A stretch of 64,000 nt of DNA, taken from an uncultured Oscillospiraceae bacterium (GTDB lineage Bacteria > Bacillota > Clostridia > Oscillospirales > Ruminococcaceae). The DNA is taken from NCBI GenBank assembly GCA_934488695.1, contig CAKSSH010000001.1, forward strand, positions 7,476-71,475. Reading direction: 5' to 3'. The notes under the pieces are model-generated. The model did no database searches, had not been told where the DNA came from, and saw only the letters and a list, made by a program, of their open reading frames with translations. Positions 35,814-46,562 of the stretch are shown one piece after another. The position numbers and the translations under genes were made by a program. Numbering within the stretch: the stretch's first letter is position 1; every line of letters starts with the position of its first letter.

Positions 35814-36991
35814 TTGAACAGAAATGTACTTGTGCAAGGAAGGTTCACCGGGCGCCGCTTGACCAATGTTTAATTAGCAAGGGAGCAGTTAATCGGCTTC
35901 CGCAGCTGCTTGCGTCGTATCATCGGGTCTATATGGTTTGCGATGAAAACACATACCGCGTGCTTGGAAAAAAAGCGGAGGGCATTTTGAAAAGCGCCGG
36001 CATTTTTTCACATAAGCATATCCTGACAGGAACAGTCCTGCCAAGCGCACATTATATCGGCGATGTGCTAATTCATTTAAATGATCCAAAAGCGGATTCC
36101 GATATTTTTTCCTATTCGCCGAAGCCTGATTTTATTTTGGCGGTTGGTTCGGGCGTCGTGAATGATATTTGCCGGCTTGTGTCTTATAGGCTGGGAATCC
36201 CGTATGGGGTGGCTGCGACGGCCCCATCTATGGACGGGTATGCTTCGGCCGGCTCGCCAACGCTGTTTGACGGGACCAAAGCAACCATTAAGTGTACTAC
36301 TCCTAAAATCATTGTTGGAGATCTGGACGTTCTTCGAGCGGCGCCGTATGATATGTTGCTGTCCGGTATCGGAGACATGTTCGGCAAGTATATCGGTATT
36401 TTGGACTGGGAGCTTGCGCGTGACTACAACGGAGAATTTTTTTGCTCCAAAATTGCGAATGACGTGATAGAAGCAACCGATCTTTGCCTTAAAAACGGGT
36501 ACAAGCTTGAGGGACGGGACGTCGCTTGTATCCAAAACATCATGAACGGTTTTATGGTGACCGGGCTCGGTATGGCTTTTATCGGAAATTCGCGGCCCGC
36601 TTCCGGCTCGGAGCATATTATTGCTCACGCTTGGGAGCTTGCCAGCGTTGAAGCGGGACAAAAGCCGAATTTGCACGGTCTGGAGGTCTGCGAAGGAACT
36701 CGACTGGTCGCGGAAATGTACCGACTTTTGTATGTAGAAACACAAGATGATCATCTCAAAGCATTGATTGAAAAATATTTACCTTGTTTTGACGCCATCG
36801 AGAAGTTTTGCATTAAGATGAAAATGCCGAATATTACGCTGGATCGACAGGAGATTCTGCAAGGGATTCATCGTGCGCTGACCTTGCGCGACCGTTATAC
36901 CATTCTTTTTTATCTGCGTGATCGGGGGCTTTTTGAGCGCTACGCACAGGAGGCTGCCGACAGGCTTCTAAAAAAGCTTGGTGAAGCTTGA
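35810..36991 (+). CDS. araM: sn-glycerol-1-phosphate dehydrogenase (AraM/EgsA-like, iron-containing ADH superfamily)
   Basis: GTG at 35810 overlaps the HAD stop. Motifs AVGSGVVNDICRLVS, VATAPSMDGYAS, GIGDMFGKY and SGSEHIIAH resemble B. subtilis AraM-type G1P dehydrogenases. Confidence 0.7.
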   Translation: MIEQKCTCARKVHRAPLDQCLISKGAVNRLPQLLASYHRVYMVCDENTYRVLGKKAEGILKSAGIFSHKHILTGTVLPSAHYIGDVLIHLNDPKADSDIFSYSPKPDFILAVGSGVVNDICRLVSYRLGIPYGVAATAPSMDGYASAGSPTLFDGTKATIKCTTPKIIVGDLDVLRAAPYDMLLSGIGDMFGKYIGILDWELARDYNGEFFCSKIANDVIEATDLCLKNGYKLEGRDVACIQNIMNGFMVTGLGMAFIGNSRPASGSEHIIAHAWELASVEAGQKPNLHGLEVCEGTRLVAEMYRLLYVETQDDHLKALIEKYLPCFDAIEKFCIKMKMPNITLDRQEILQGIHRALTLRDRYTILFYLRDRGLFERYAQEAADRLLKKLGEA

Positions 36992-37080
36992 AGCAACAAA
37001 AAGGGTGTGCCGCAAAAGAGAAGAAAACTTTCGCAAAAAGAACAGGCGCCGATGAAACTATTTCACGGAGGCTAAAAGAT

Positions 37081-37770
37081 ATGCTGAAAACCATGAAAGA
37101 AAGTGTTTGCGCAGCAAATAAGGCACTAAAACAGCTGGGACTTGTGATCTTAAATTTCGGCAATGTTTCCGAGATTGACCGAGAGAGAGGACTTGTGGTT
37201 ATTAAGCCGTCAGGTATTCCTTATGATGTTATGCGCTCTGAGGACATGGTGGTGGTAGACCTTGACGGAAATCTGGTCGATGGAACGAACAGGCCTTCCT
37301 CGGACACCGAAACGCACTTGGAATTGTATCGTGCATTTCCGAAAATCGGCGCAGTAGCGCATACGCACTCAAGGTGGGCAACCGTTTTTGCGCAGGCCGG
37401 TGAGTCGATTCCAATGCTCGGCACAACACATGCCGATACCTTTTTAGGCCCCGTTCCGTGTACGCGTCCTCTACATACACAAGAAATTGCAAAAAGCTAT
37501 GAAAAAAAGACCGGACAGGTAATTGTTGAAGCCTTCCCGGGTGATTGCTATAAAAAGGTGCCGGCTGCTTTGGTTTGCTCTCATGGGCCGTTTGTGTGGG
37601 GTGACAGGGGTACAGCTGCAGTTGAGACGGCCGCGGTGTTGGAGCAGGTGGCTATGATGGCATGGCATACGCTGCTGCTTAACAAAAACGCTGAGCTTCA
37701 GCAGGAGCTGGCAGAACGTCATTTTTTCAGAAAACACGGGGAGGATGCATATTACGGGCAGCAGGCCTGA
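37081..37770 (+). CDS. araD: L-ribulose-5-phosphate 4-epimerase (class II aldolase/adducin fold)
   Basis: ATG at 37081 follows GGAGG. Close to E. coli AraD as I recall it: GNVSEIDRERGLVVIKPSG, PSSDTETHLELY, HTHSRWATVFAQAG, GTTHAD, HGPFVWG and RKHGEDAYYGQ. Confidence 0.85.
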   Translation: MLKTMKESVCAANKALKQLGLVILNFGNVSEIDRERGLVVIKPSGIPYDVMRSEDMVVVDLDGNLVDGTNRPSSDTETHLELYRAFPKIGAVAHTHSRWATVFAQAGESIPMLGTTHADTFLGPVPCTRPLHTQEIAKSYEKKTGQVIVEAFPGDCYKKVPAALVCSHGPFVWGDRGTAAVETAAVLEQVAMMAWHTLLLNKNAELQQELAERHFFRKHGEDAYYGQQA

Positions 37771-37778
37771 TTTCAACG

Positions 37779-37836
37779 AAAAAAGCCCCCTTTACGGCAG
37801 GATCGGCAATCTGCTGTAAAGGGAGCTTTGTTTTTA
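37779..37836. terminator. bidirectional terminator between araD and mtnN
   Basis: Roughly 16-bp imperfect stem GCCCCCTTTACGGCAG / CTGCTGTAAAGGGAGC, flanked by AAAAAA (5') and TTTGTTTTT (3'). Confidence 0.55.
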
Positions 37837-38577
37837 TTATTCAAATAAAGCACATAGAATACCGCCGGTGTAGAGAGATGCAGCTGCGGCAAACCGGTCA
37901 GAAGAAATTTCGGCGTCGCTGTCCGCTCCATCCGAAACAACCCGTATGACCGCGCAGGGGACGGATGTTTCAAAGCAGACTTGTGCAACAGCTGCTCCTT
38001 CCATTTCAACGCAGAGTGCCTGCGGCAGATGACGGCAGATAAAATCTCGACGCTCTCCGCCACTGATAAACTGATCGCCGGATGCAATAGCGCCGATGTG
38101 TACCTGCGGAGTTTTTACATTGACGTCATGCCAAAAGGAAACCAACTCCGCCTTTTCTGCGGCGGTTTTTAAAAATCGATGACAAGCCGCGGAACACCGG
38201 CCCGACAGCTCCGGGTCGCAGGGGAGCTCGACCTTGTTGATAATCGGAATACGAAAAAGATCGTCGTCTGACAAATAAAAATCGTGCTGAACACACTGGT
38301 CGGCAACAACAATGTCACCGATTTTTACCTGAGGCTTGAGGGAGCCGGCAATGCCGCAAAACAAAATAGAAGAAACGCCAAAACGGTCAATAAGCAGCGT
38401 GCAAGTGACTGCGGCGGCCACCTTGCCGATACGAGAGACCACCGCGACCACCTCGGCATTGCCGAGGCGGCCTTGAATAAATTCCCGTCCTGCAATATGG
38501 GTCTTGTGCGCGTTTTGAATATATGCTTCCAGCACGCCGAATTCCTCCGGCATGGCACAGATGATTCCGTATAACAT
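37837..38577 (-). CDS. mtnN: 5'-methylthioadenosine/S-adenosylhomocysteine nucleosidase
   Basis: Motifs MLYGIICAMPEE, VVSRIGKVAAA, GIAGSL and CVEMEGAAVAQVC. 246 aa. Confidence 0.85.
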   Translation of the reverse strand: MLYGIICAMPEEFGVLEAYIQNAHKTHIAGREFIQGRLGNAEVVAVVSRIGKVAAAVTCTLLIDRFGVSSILFCGIAGSLKPQVKIGDIVVADQCVQHDFYLSDDDLFRIPIINKVELPCDPELSGRCSAACHRFLKTAAEKAELVSFWHDVNVKTPQVHIGAIASGDQFISGGERRDFICRHLPQALCVEMEGAAVAQVCFETSVPCAVIRVVSDGADSDAEISSDRFAAAASLYTGGILCALFE

Positions 38578-38595
38578 AGGTTGCCTCCGATTGTA

Positions 38596-39096
38596 TCAAA
38601 CACAAATGTCGTTCTTAATATTTTGATAAATTTTTTCACCAATTCCGCTGACTTGACAGATTTCCCGGGGATTATGGAAGGGACCGTTTGCCTCGCGATA
38701 AGCAGCAATAGACAGCGCTTTGGATTTCCCGATACCGTTGAGCTTGCACAGGGTGTCAATATCGGCAGTGTTGATATTGATTCTCCCGTTCTTATAGCCT
38801 GCCGTCATTTTTTCGGCGGTTTCGGAGATGGGACGGGCTTTGACAAAAACAGCATCTGATACCGGCCGGTATACTGCGTTGCAGTAGTATGCGCAAAAGC
38901 CGATACACATTAGGGTCAGAAGCACCAGCACAAAAACAGTAAAATCCCTGGGCCGCGGCTCATCGTAAAACAGCTTTTCCGGCAATGCCTCATCGACGGC
39001 TGTGCTTTTTATGCCGGACTGTTTGGCGCCTTCGGGTTTTTCCTTCGGCTGCGCTTTTAAATATTGTTCAAAAGAAATTTTATCGGAAGGCTCCAC
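38596..39096 (-). CDS. comEA: ComEA-family helix-hairpin-helix DNA-binding protein
   Basis: N-terminal TM, then tandem HhH motifs (ININTADIDTLCKLNGIGKSKALSI and ICQVSGIGEKIYQNI). GTG start 4 nt after the ligA stop. Confidence 0.8.
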   Translation of the reverse strand: MEPSDKISFEQYLKAQPKEKPEGAKQSGIKSTAVDEALPEKLFYDEPRPRDFTVFVLVLLTLMCIGFCAYYCNAVYRPVSDAVFVKARPISETAEKMTAGYKNGRININTADIDTLCKLNGIGKSKALSIAAYREANGPFHNPREICQVSGIGEKIYQNIKNDICV

Positions 39097-39100
39097 AAGC

Positions 39101-41140
<2,040 letters not shown>

Positions 41141-41183
41141 TTACCACCGTTTTTTGAAAAAATGCGTGATTTGCGGTTTTTGG

Positions 41184-41212
41184 TTGATATTACGTCGTTT
41201 TTATGTTATAAT
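41184..41212 (+). promoter_or_regulatory. candidate sigma-A promoter of recJ-relA
   Basis: TTGATA (41184-41189), a 17-nt spacer, then TATAAT (41207-41212). Confidence 0.5.
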
Positions 41213-41245
41213 ATAACAATTCATTGAAAAAGGGAGGCAAAAAGC

Positions 41246-43261
41246 TTGCGTTTTGCAAAGTGGCGGATCGGGGACAGTCGGCAGGCGCCGGAAATTGCAC
41301 GGCAATACGGAGTCGGTTCGCTTGCGGCAAAGGCTGCGGCGGCGCGCAGTGCGGATATTTCGCCGGAAATGCTGTTTTCGACCGAGGACGGGATTTCGTC
41401 TCCTTTTGATTATTATGATATGGCTCGGGCCGTTGAGGCTATTGAGGCTGCGCTTGACGCACAGCAACGGATTGTTGTTTACGGGGATTATGATGTTGAC
41501 GGGATTACTGCAACCGTTATTTTGTACTCCTATTTACAGGCTCTTGGGGCCGATGTGGACTTTTATATTCCGAATCGTGAAACCGAGGGATATGGTTTGA
41601 ATGCCCGGGCAATTGAAGAAATTGGACGGCAGGGCTGTGCGCTTTTAATCACCGTGGATAATGGGATTGCAGCCGTTGAAGAAGTGGCGTTGGCGCAAAG
41701 TCTTGGCATGACGGTGGTGGTAACCGACCATCATCAACCCCCCGAGATTTTGCCGGACTGTATTGCTGTGGATCCGCACCGCCCTGATTGTTCCAGTCGT
41801 TTTAAGGAGCTGTGCGGTGCAGCGGTGGCCTTTAAATTGGTCGCTGCGCTGGAGGGCGGGGATTATGAAGGCGCCTTTGAGCAGTACGCCGAGCTGTTAG
41901 CGCTTGCAACGATTGCCGACGTAGTTCCGCTTGTCGGTGAAAATCGGACGCTGGTCCGGCTGGGTCTTTTGCGTATGCGGGAAACCGATAATCTTGGTTT
42001 ACATGCCTTGATCGAAGCCTCACTTTCTCCGCAGGCAAAACTGGATTCCGTTTCGGTGGCTTACAGTTTGGTCCCGCGGCTTAATGCGGCCGGGCGAATG
42101 GGCAGTGCTCTGCGTGCGGTGGAGCTGCTTCTGTGTGAGGACGATACCCGTGCGCAAGAGCTGGCCGAAGAGCTGTGCCGGGCAAATGCAAGCCGGCGGG
42201 AAAGCGAAACGGCCGTTTTGGAGGAGATTGACAGGTTGTTTCTTGATCAGCCGCAGCTGTTTGACGATCGGGTGATTGTTTTATGTGCGGACGGTTGGCA
42301 CCCCGGCGTTTTGGGGATTGTGGCTGCTAAAGTTGTGGAGCGCACCGGAAAACCGGCGCTTTTGCTGTCAAAAAACGGAGAGACAGCGTCCGGGTCGGGC
42401 CGCAGTGTGGAGGGTTTTCCTCTTTTAGAGGCGCTGCGCGCATGCAGCGCACAGTTGACGCGCTTCGGCGGTCACAGTTTGGCGGCGGGGCTCTGTTTGC
42501 AGGCAACGCAGGTGGACGCTTTTCGCCGGGCAATCAATGCTTATGCGCGGCAGCATTTTCCGTTCATGCCGGAGGCAATCGTTTCGGCTGATGCGGTGAT
42601 TGAAGCACAGGAGGTCACGCTGGCAGCAGTGCGGGAATTGTCCGTTCTGGAGCCATTTGGCAGGCAAAATCCGGAGCCGGCTTTCGTTTTTCGTGAGATG
42701 ATGCTCAAAGCGGTCAGCACTATTGGCGGCGGCAAGCACAGCCGACTTTCGGTTTCGGACGGCAATGCGGTCTTTACGGCGGTTTGTTTCGGAAAGACGG
42801 CGGAGGAGTTCGAGCCGTTTGTCGGAAACAAGGTTGATTTGCTGGTCCGGCTTAAAATAAACGTTTATCAGCAAACCGAATCGGTAACGGTTCAGGTGTT
42901 GTCTCTGCGTCCGTCGGGTTTGCGCGACGAGGTGTTTTTCAAGGAACGTCAGCTTGCCTCTTCGGCTGCGCAGGGCGAGGTGTTGACCGCTAAGTCGGCG
43001 GCTTATTTGTACCCGACGCGGGAACAGGCGGCAGCGGTTTACCGCCTGCTGCGTCGACAGTCCGCAAAAACGGACGCCGACACCTTGTGGTGGCAGCTGG
43101 GCGGCAGTATCAACCGTGCAAAGCTCGGCGCTGTATTGGAGGCGTTTTGCCAATGCGGTCTTTTGCAGCGGCAAGGGAACGGGTTTTCAGTGTGCTCGGT
43201 CGGCGGTAAAACGGATTTGTTTCAGTGCGGTGTTTTATTACATATCAAACAAGCCATGTAA
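41246..43261 (+). CDS. recJ: single-stranded-DNA-specific exonuclease RecJ
   Basis: TTG start follows GGGAGG. DHH-family motifs GDYDVDGITA, ITVDNG, VVVTDHH and GGHSLAAG. Confidence 0.9.
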   Translation: MRFAKWRIGDSRQAPEIARQYGVGSLAAKAAAARSADISPEMLFSTEDGISSPFDYYDMARAVEAIEAALDAQQRIVVYGDYDVDGITATVILYSYLQALGADVDFYIPNRETEGYGLNARAIEEIGRQGCALLITVDNGIAAVEEVALAQSLGMTVVVTDHHQPPEILPDCIAVDPHRPDCSSRFKELCGAAVAFKLVAALEGGDYEGAFEQYAELLALATIADVVPLVGENRTLVRLGLLRMRETDNLGLHALIEASLSPQAKLDSVSVAYSLVPRLNAAGRMGSALRAVELLLCEDDTRAQELAEELCRANASRRESETAVLEEIDRLFLDQPQLFDDRVIVLCADGWHPGVLGIVAAKVVERTGKPALLLSKNGETASGSGRSVEGFPLLEALRACSAQLTRFGGHSLAAGLCLQATQVDAFRRAINAYARQHFPFMPEAIVSADAVIEAQEVTLAAVRELSVLEPFGRQNPEPAFVFREMMLKAVSTIGGGKHSRLSVSDGNAVFTAVCFGKTAEEFEPFVGNKVDLLVRLKINVYQQTESVTVQVLSLRPSGLRDEVFFKERQLASSAAQGEVLTAKSAAYLYPTREQAAAVYRLLRRQSAKTDADTLWWQLGGSINRAKLGAVLEAFCQCGLLQRQGNGFSVCSVGGKTDLFQCGVLLHIKQAM

Positions 43262-43275
43262 AAGAGGTGAGACGG

Positions 43276-45456
43276 ATGGAGGAGCTGTACCAAACGCTTT
43301 TGGATGCGATTGATCGAAATGCCAAAAATTTAAACCGTGAGAAGATTCTTTCGGCTTACAGTTTTGCGCAAAAGGCGCATGACGGGCAGCTGCGCAAGTC
43401 CGGGCAGCCTTATATCATACACCCCATCGAGGTCGCTAAAATTCTCATTGAAATGGGAATGGATACCGACACGGTGGTGGCGGCGCTTTTGCATGATGTG
43501 GTGGAGGATACACCGGTCACTTTGGATCAGGTGCGCAGCTTGTTTGGAGAAGATGTTGCGGCGTTGGTGGACGGCCTCACCAAGCTGAGTCTTTTGCCAT
43601 TAACAACACGGGAGGAGCAGCAGGCTGAAAATGTGCGCAAAATGCTGCTTGCCATGTCTCAGGATATCCGCGTTGTTATTATTAAGCTGGCTGACCGCCT
43701 GCATAATATGCGAACCATTGATTATGTTGATGAACAGAAGCAGCGGGATAAGTCTCTGGAAACCATGGAGGTGTATGCACCGATTGCGCACCGCCTCGGA
43801 ATCCGTGCGGTGAAAGAAGAGCTTGAGGATCTTTCTCTGCGTCATTTGGACCCTATTGGGTATCACCAAATTGAAGAAAAGCTGGTAGGTCAGAAAGAGG
43901 AACGGCAGGAGTTTTTAAATCGAATCCAATGCCGAATTCGGGAACGGCTCGGAGATCAGTCCAATATTGTGATCGAGGGTCGTATTAAGAGTATTTACGG
44001 GATTTACCGCAAGGTCTTTATGCAGGGGAAGATCTTTGAGGAAATTTATGACATTTATGCGGTGCGGATTATTGTGGACAGTGTGTTTGATTGCTACAAT
44101 ATTTTAGGGATTATCCATGATATGTTCCGGCCGATCCCCAATCGATTCAAGGACTATATTTCAACTCCGAAGCCTAATATGTATCAATCTCTGCATACGA
44201 CGGTTATTGATAAAGAGGGCGTTCCGTTTGAGGTGCAGATTCGCACATGGGATATGCATCATACCGCCGAGTACGGCATCGCTGCGCACTGGAAATATAA
44301 ACAGGGCGTCAGCGGTAAGGATAAGCTGGAGGAACGGCTTACATGGGTGCGTCAGCTGCTGGAGGCACAGAAGGATGCAGACGATGTCGAGGAAATCGTC
44401 CGCAGCATTAAGTCGGATATTGCGCCGGAGGAGGTTTTTGTTTTTACGCCTAAAGGCGATGTTATCAGTCTGCCGTCCGGCTCTTGTATTATTGACTTTG
44501 CTTACGCGATCCACACGGCGGTCGGCAACCGGACGGTGGGTGCCAAGGTGGACGGAAAAATCGTCCCGCTCAATTATCCGGTCAAAACCGGAGAAATCGT
44601 AGAGGTTTTGACGACCAATGCGCCGGGGCACGGCCCCAGTCGGGATTGGATTGGCATGGCAAAGACCAGTGAGGCGAAGAATAAGATTCGCAGCTGGTTT
44701 AAAAAAGAGTATCGAGAAGAAAATATTGAACAAGGGAGACTGGAGCTGGAGGGCGAGCTTCGACGCAACTTTATCAATCTCGAAGGAGAGGCGCGGGAGC
44801 AGTTTACACTGGAAATCGCACGTCGACAGCACTACAACACGCTGGAGGATTTCTATGCTGCCATTGGATACGGCGGCGTGTCTCTTTCCAGAATCATGCC
44901 GCGCATCAAGGACGAGTATGCAAAGCAGGTCAAAGAAGAACAGCTTAAAAATCAGCCCCTTTCGGTGCAGGATGTTGTCAGTGACGTCAAGCAAAAAAGG
45001 GCGCATGGCAGTGTAATTGTCGAGGGAATAGACAGCTGTCTCGTGAAATTTGCCAAGTGCTGCAGCCCGCTTCCGGGCGACGATATCGTGGGCTTTATTA
45101 CCCGCGGTTACGGCGTTTCGGTGCACAAAAGCGATTGTGTCAATGCCCAAAACGGACAAAAGCAGGAGCCGGAGCGTTGGGTGCGGGCACATTGGGTGCA
45201 TGCCGCGCAAAAAAGCAGTTATGATGTGTCGCTGCATATTTGGGCCAATTCTCGGCCGAATTTGCTTTTGGATATCAGCACTCTGTTTGCTGCTATGCAC
45301 ATCTCTATTCACGGGATCAGTGCGAAAGAGACTACTGACGGGAGGACTTTTTTCAGGCTGTCTATCAGCATTGAAAGCACCGAACAGCTTAAAAATATTA
45401 TAGAAAGGCTCGGTAAGGTACCGGGTGTAAACAGTGTGGAAAGGGCGAATAGCTGA
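43276..45456 (+). CDS. relA: bifunctional (p)ppGpp synthetase/hydrolase (RelA/SpoT homolog)
   Basis: ATG at 43276. HD domain (HPIEVA, LHDVVEDT), synthetase domain (YQSLHTTV, EVQIRT), and TGS plus ACT C-terminal domains. Confidence 0.95.
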   Translation: MEELYQTLLDAIDRNAKNLNREKILSAYSFAQKAHDGQLRKSGQPYIIHPIEVAKILIEMGMDTDTVVAALLHDVVEDTPVTLDQVRSLFGEDVAALVDGLTKLSLLPLTTREEQQAENVRKMLLAMSQDIRVVIIKLADRLHNMRTIDYVDEQKQRDKSLETMEVYAPIAHRLGIRAVKEELEDLSLRHLDPIGYHQIEEKLVGQKEERQEFLNRIQCRIRERLGDQSNIVIEGRIKSIYGIYRKVFMQGKIFEEIYDIYAVRIIVDSVFDCYNILGIIHDMFRPIPNRFKDYISTPKPNMYQSLHTTVIDKEGVPFEVQIRTWDMHHTAEYGIAAHWKYKQGVSGKDKLEERLTWVRQLLEAQKDADDVEEIVRSIKSDIAPEEVFVFTPKGDVISLPSGSCIIDFAYAIHTAVGNRTVGAKVDGKIVPLNYPVKTGEIVEVLTTNAPGHGPSRDWIGMAKTSEAKNKIRSWFKKEYREENIEQGRLELEGELRRNFINLEGEAREQFTLEIARRQHYNTLEDFYAAIGYGGVSLSRIMPRIKDEYAKQVKEEQLKNQPLSVQDVVSDVKQKRAHGSVIVEGIDSCLVKFAKCCSPLPGDDIVGFITRGYGVSVHKSDCVNAQNGQKQEPERWVRAHWVHAAQKSSYDVSLHIWANSRPNLLLDISTLFAAMHISIHGISAKETTDGRTFFRLSISIESTEQLKNIIERLGKVPGVNSVERANS

Positions 45457-45917
45457 TGATTGCTTTGGTACAGAGGAGCTTGGAGGCACAAGTGACAGTG
45501 GCAGAAAAATGTGTTGGGAAAATTGACCGCGGTTTGGCGGTTTTTCTCGGTGTAGTGCAGGAGGATATGCGGGAGCATGCAGCGCTCTTGGCACGAAAAA
45601 TTGCTGCGCTGCGCATTTTTGAGGATGAAAACGGGAAGATGAATCGTTCTATTTTGGAAACCGGCGGTAAGGTATTGGCAATTTCAAATTTTACCTTGTG
45701 CGCCAATGCGAAAAAGGGAACGCGTCCGTCCTATGATCGGGCCATGCGGCCGCAGGGAGCCATGGAGTTGTACGATTTTTTCTGCGACGAGCTTTTAAAA
45801 AACGGCGTTTCAGCAGTTGAAAAGGGCGTGTTCGGCGCTTATATGCAGGTGAGTGTCTGCGGTGACGGACCGGTTTCTATTGTGCTGGATACCGAACAGC
45901 TTATGCCGAAATCGTAA
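45456..45917 (+). CDS. dtd: D-aminoacyl-tRNA deacylase
   Basis: Motifs MIALVQR, AISNFTL and GAYMQVSV..DGPV. The start overlaps the relA stop (TGATG). Confidence 0.9.
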   Translation: MIALVQRSLEAQVTVAEKCVGKIDRGLAVFLGVVQEDMREHAALLARKIAALRIFEDENGKMNRSILETGGKVLAISNFTLCANAKKGTRPSYDRAMRPQGAMELYDFFCDELLKNGVSAVEKGVFGAYMQVSVCGDGPVSIVLDTEQLMPKS

Positions 45918-45929
45918 AGAGGAGCCGTT

Positions 45930-46553
45930 ATGGAAATTCAAACAATTATTACCGGGAAGCTTTGCAATAATACGTATCTTGTAATCAGTAAGCAGGGGAA
46001 CGCCGTCATGATCGATCCCGGCGTCGGTACAGCCGAAATCCTGCGCGCGCTGCATCAAAGCGGGGCGCATCTTTCGTATATTTTATTGACGCATGGGCAT
46101 TATGATCATACTGCGTCGGTTGCGGCGCTTATGGAGGAGACCGGGGCAAAAAGTGTTTTACACCGGCGGGATGCGCAGATGCTTTGTGATGATCACAAAT
46201 GCATGTCGTATCTTTTTACCAAAAAACCGGCGGTTTTTGAGCCGTCTCTGCTCTCGCAGGATGGGACAGAGATCATTTTGGATGAGCTGACCTTTACGTT
46301 TATCAGCACACCGGGGCACACGCGCGGAAGCTGTGTTATCCGTTGCGGCGATGTGCTGTTTACCGGGGATACGGTGCTGGAGGGCACCGTTGGCCGAACC
46401 GATTTTTATAGCGGCAGTGAGGAACTGATGATACAGTCCGTTCGGCGTCTGTCGGCGATGGAGGGGGATTTTCGGCTTCTTTGCGGGCATGGCAGCCCGT
46501 CTACCCTGTCGCGTGAACGATGTGAAAATGCGTATTTTGTGCAATATGGATAG
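45930..46553 (+). CDS. MBL-fold hydrolase (hydroxyacylglutathione hydrolase-like)
   Basis: Motifs ILLTHGHYDHTASV, TPGHTRGS and GDTVLEGTVGRTD. Confidence 0.75.
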   Translation: MEIQTIITGKLCNNTYLVISKQGNAVMIDPGVGTAEILRALHQSGAHLSYILLTHGHYDHTASVAALMEETGAKSVLHRRDAQMLCDDHKCMSYLFTKKPAVFEPSLLSQDGTEIILDELTFTFISTPGHTRGSCVIRCGDVLFTGDTVLEGTVGRTDFYSGSEELMIQSVRRLSAMEGDFRLLCGHGSPSTLSRERCENAYFVQYG

Positions 46554-46562
46554 GAAATTGCT

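Noticed and set aside
36988-37080. TTG 36988 as the araD start (31 extra Lys-rich residues)
   Set aside because: The E. coli AraD N-terminus (MLEDLKRQVLEAN...) aligns with MLKTMKESVCAAN starting at 37081, which also has a GGAGG RBS.
44161-45594. 477-aa ORF antisense to relA/dtd
   Set aside because: It fully overlaps two well-supported genes on the other strand. The sequence is low-complexity and Arg/Leu/Pro-rich, as is typical of antisense shadow frames in GC-biased coding DNA. I saw no RBS.
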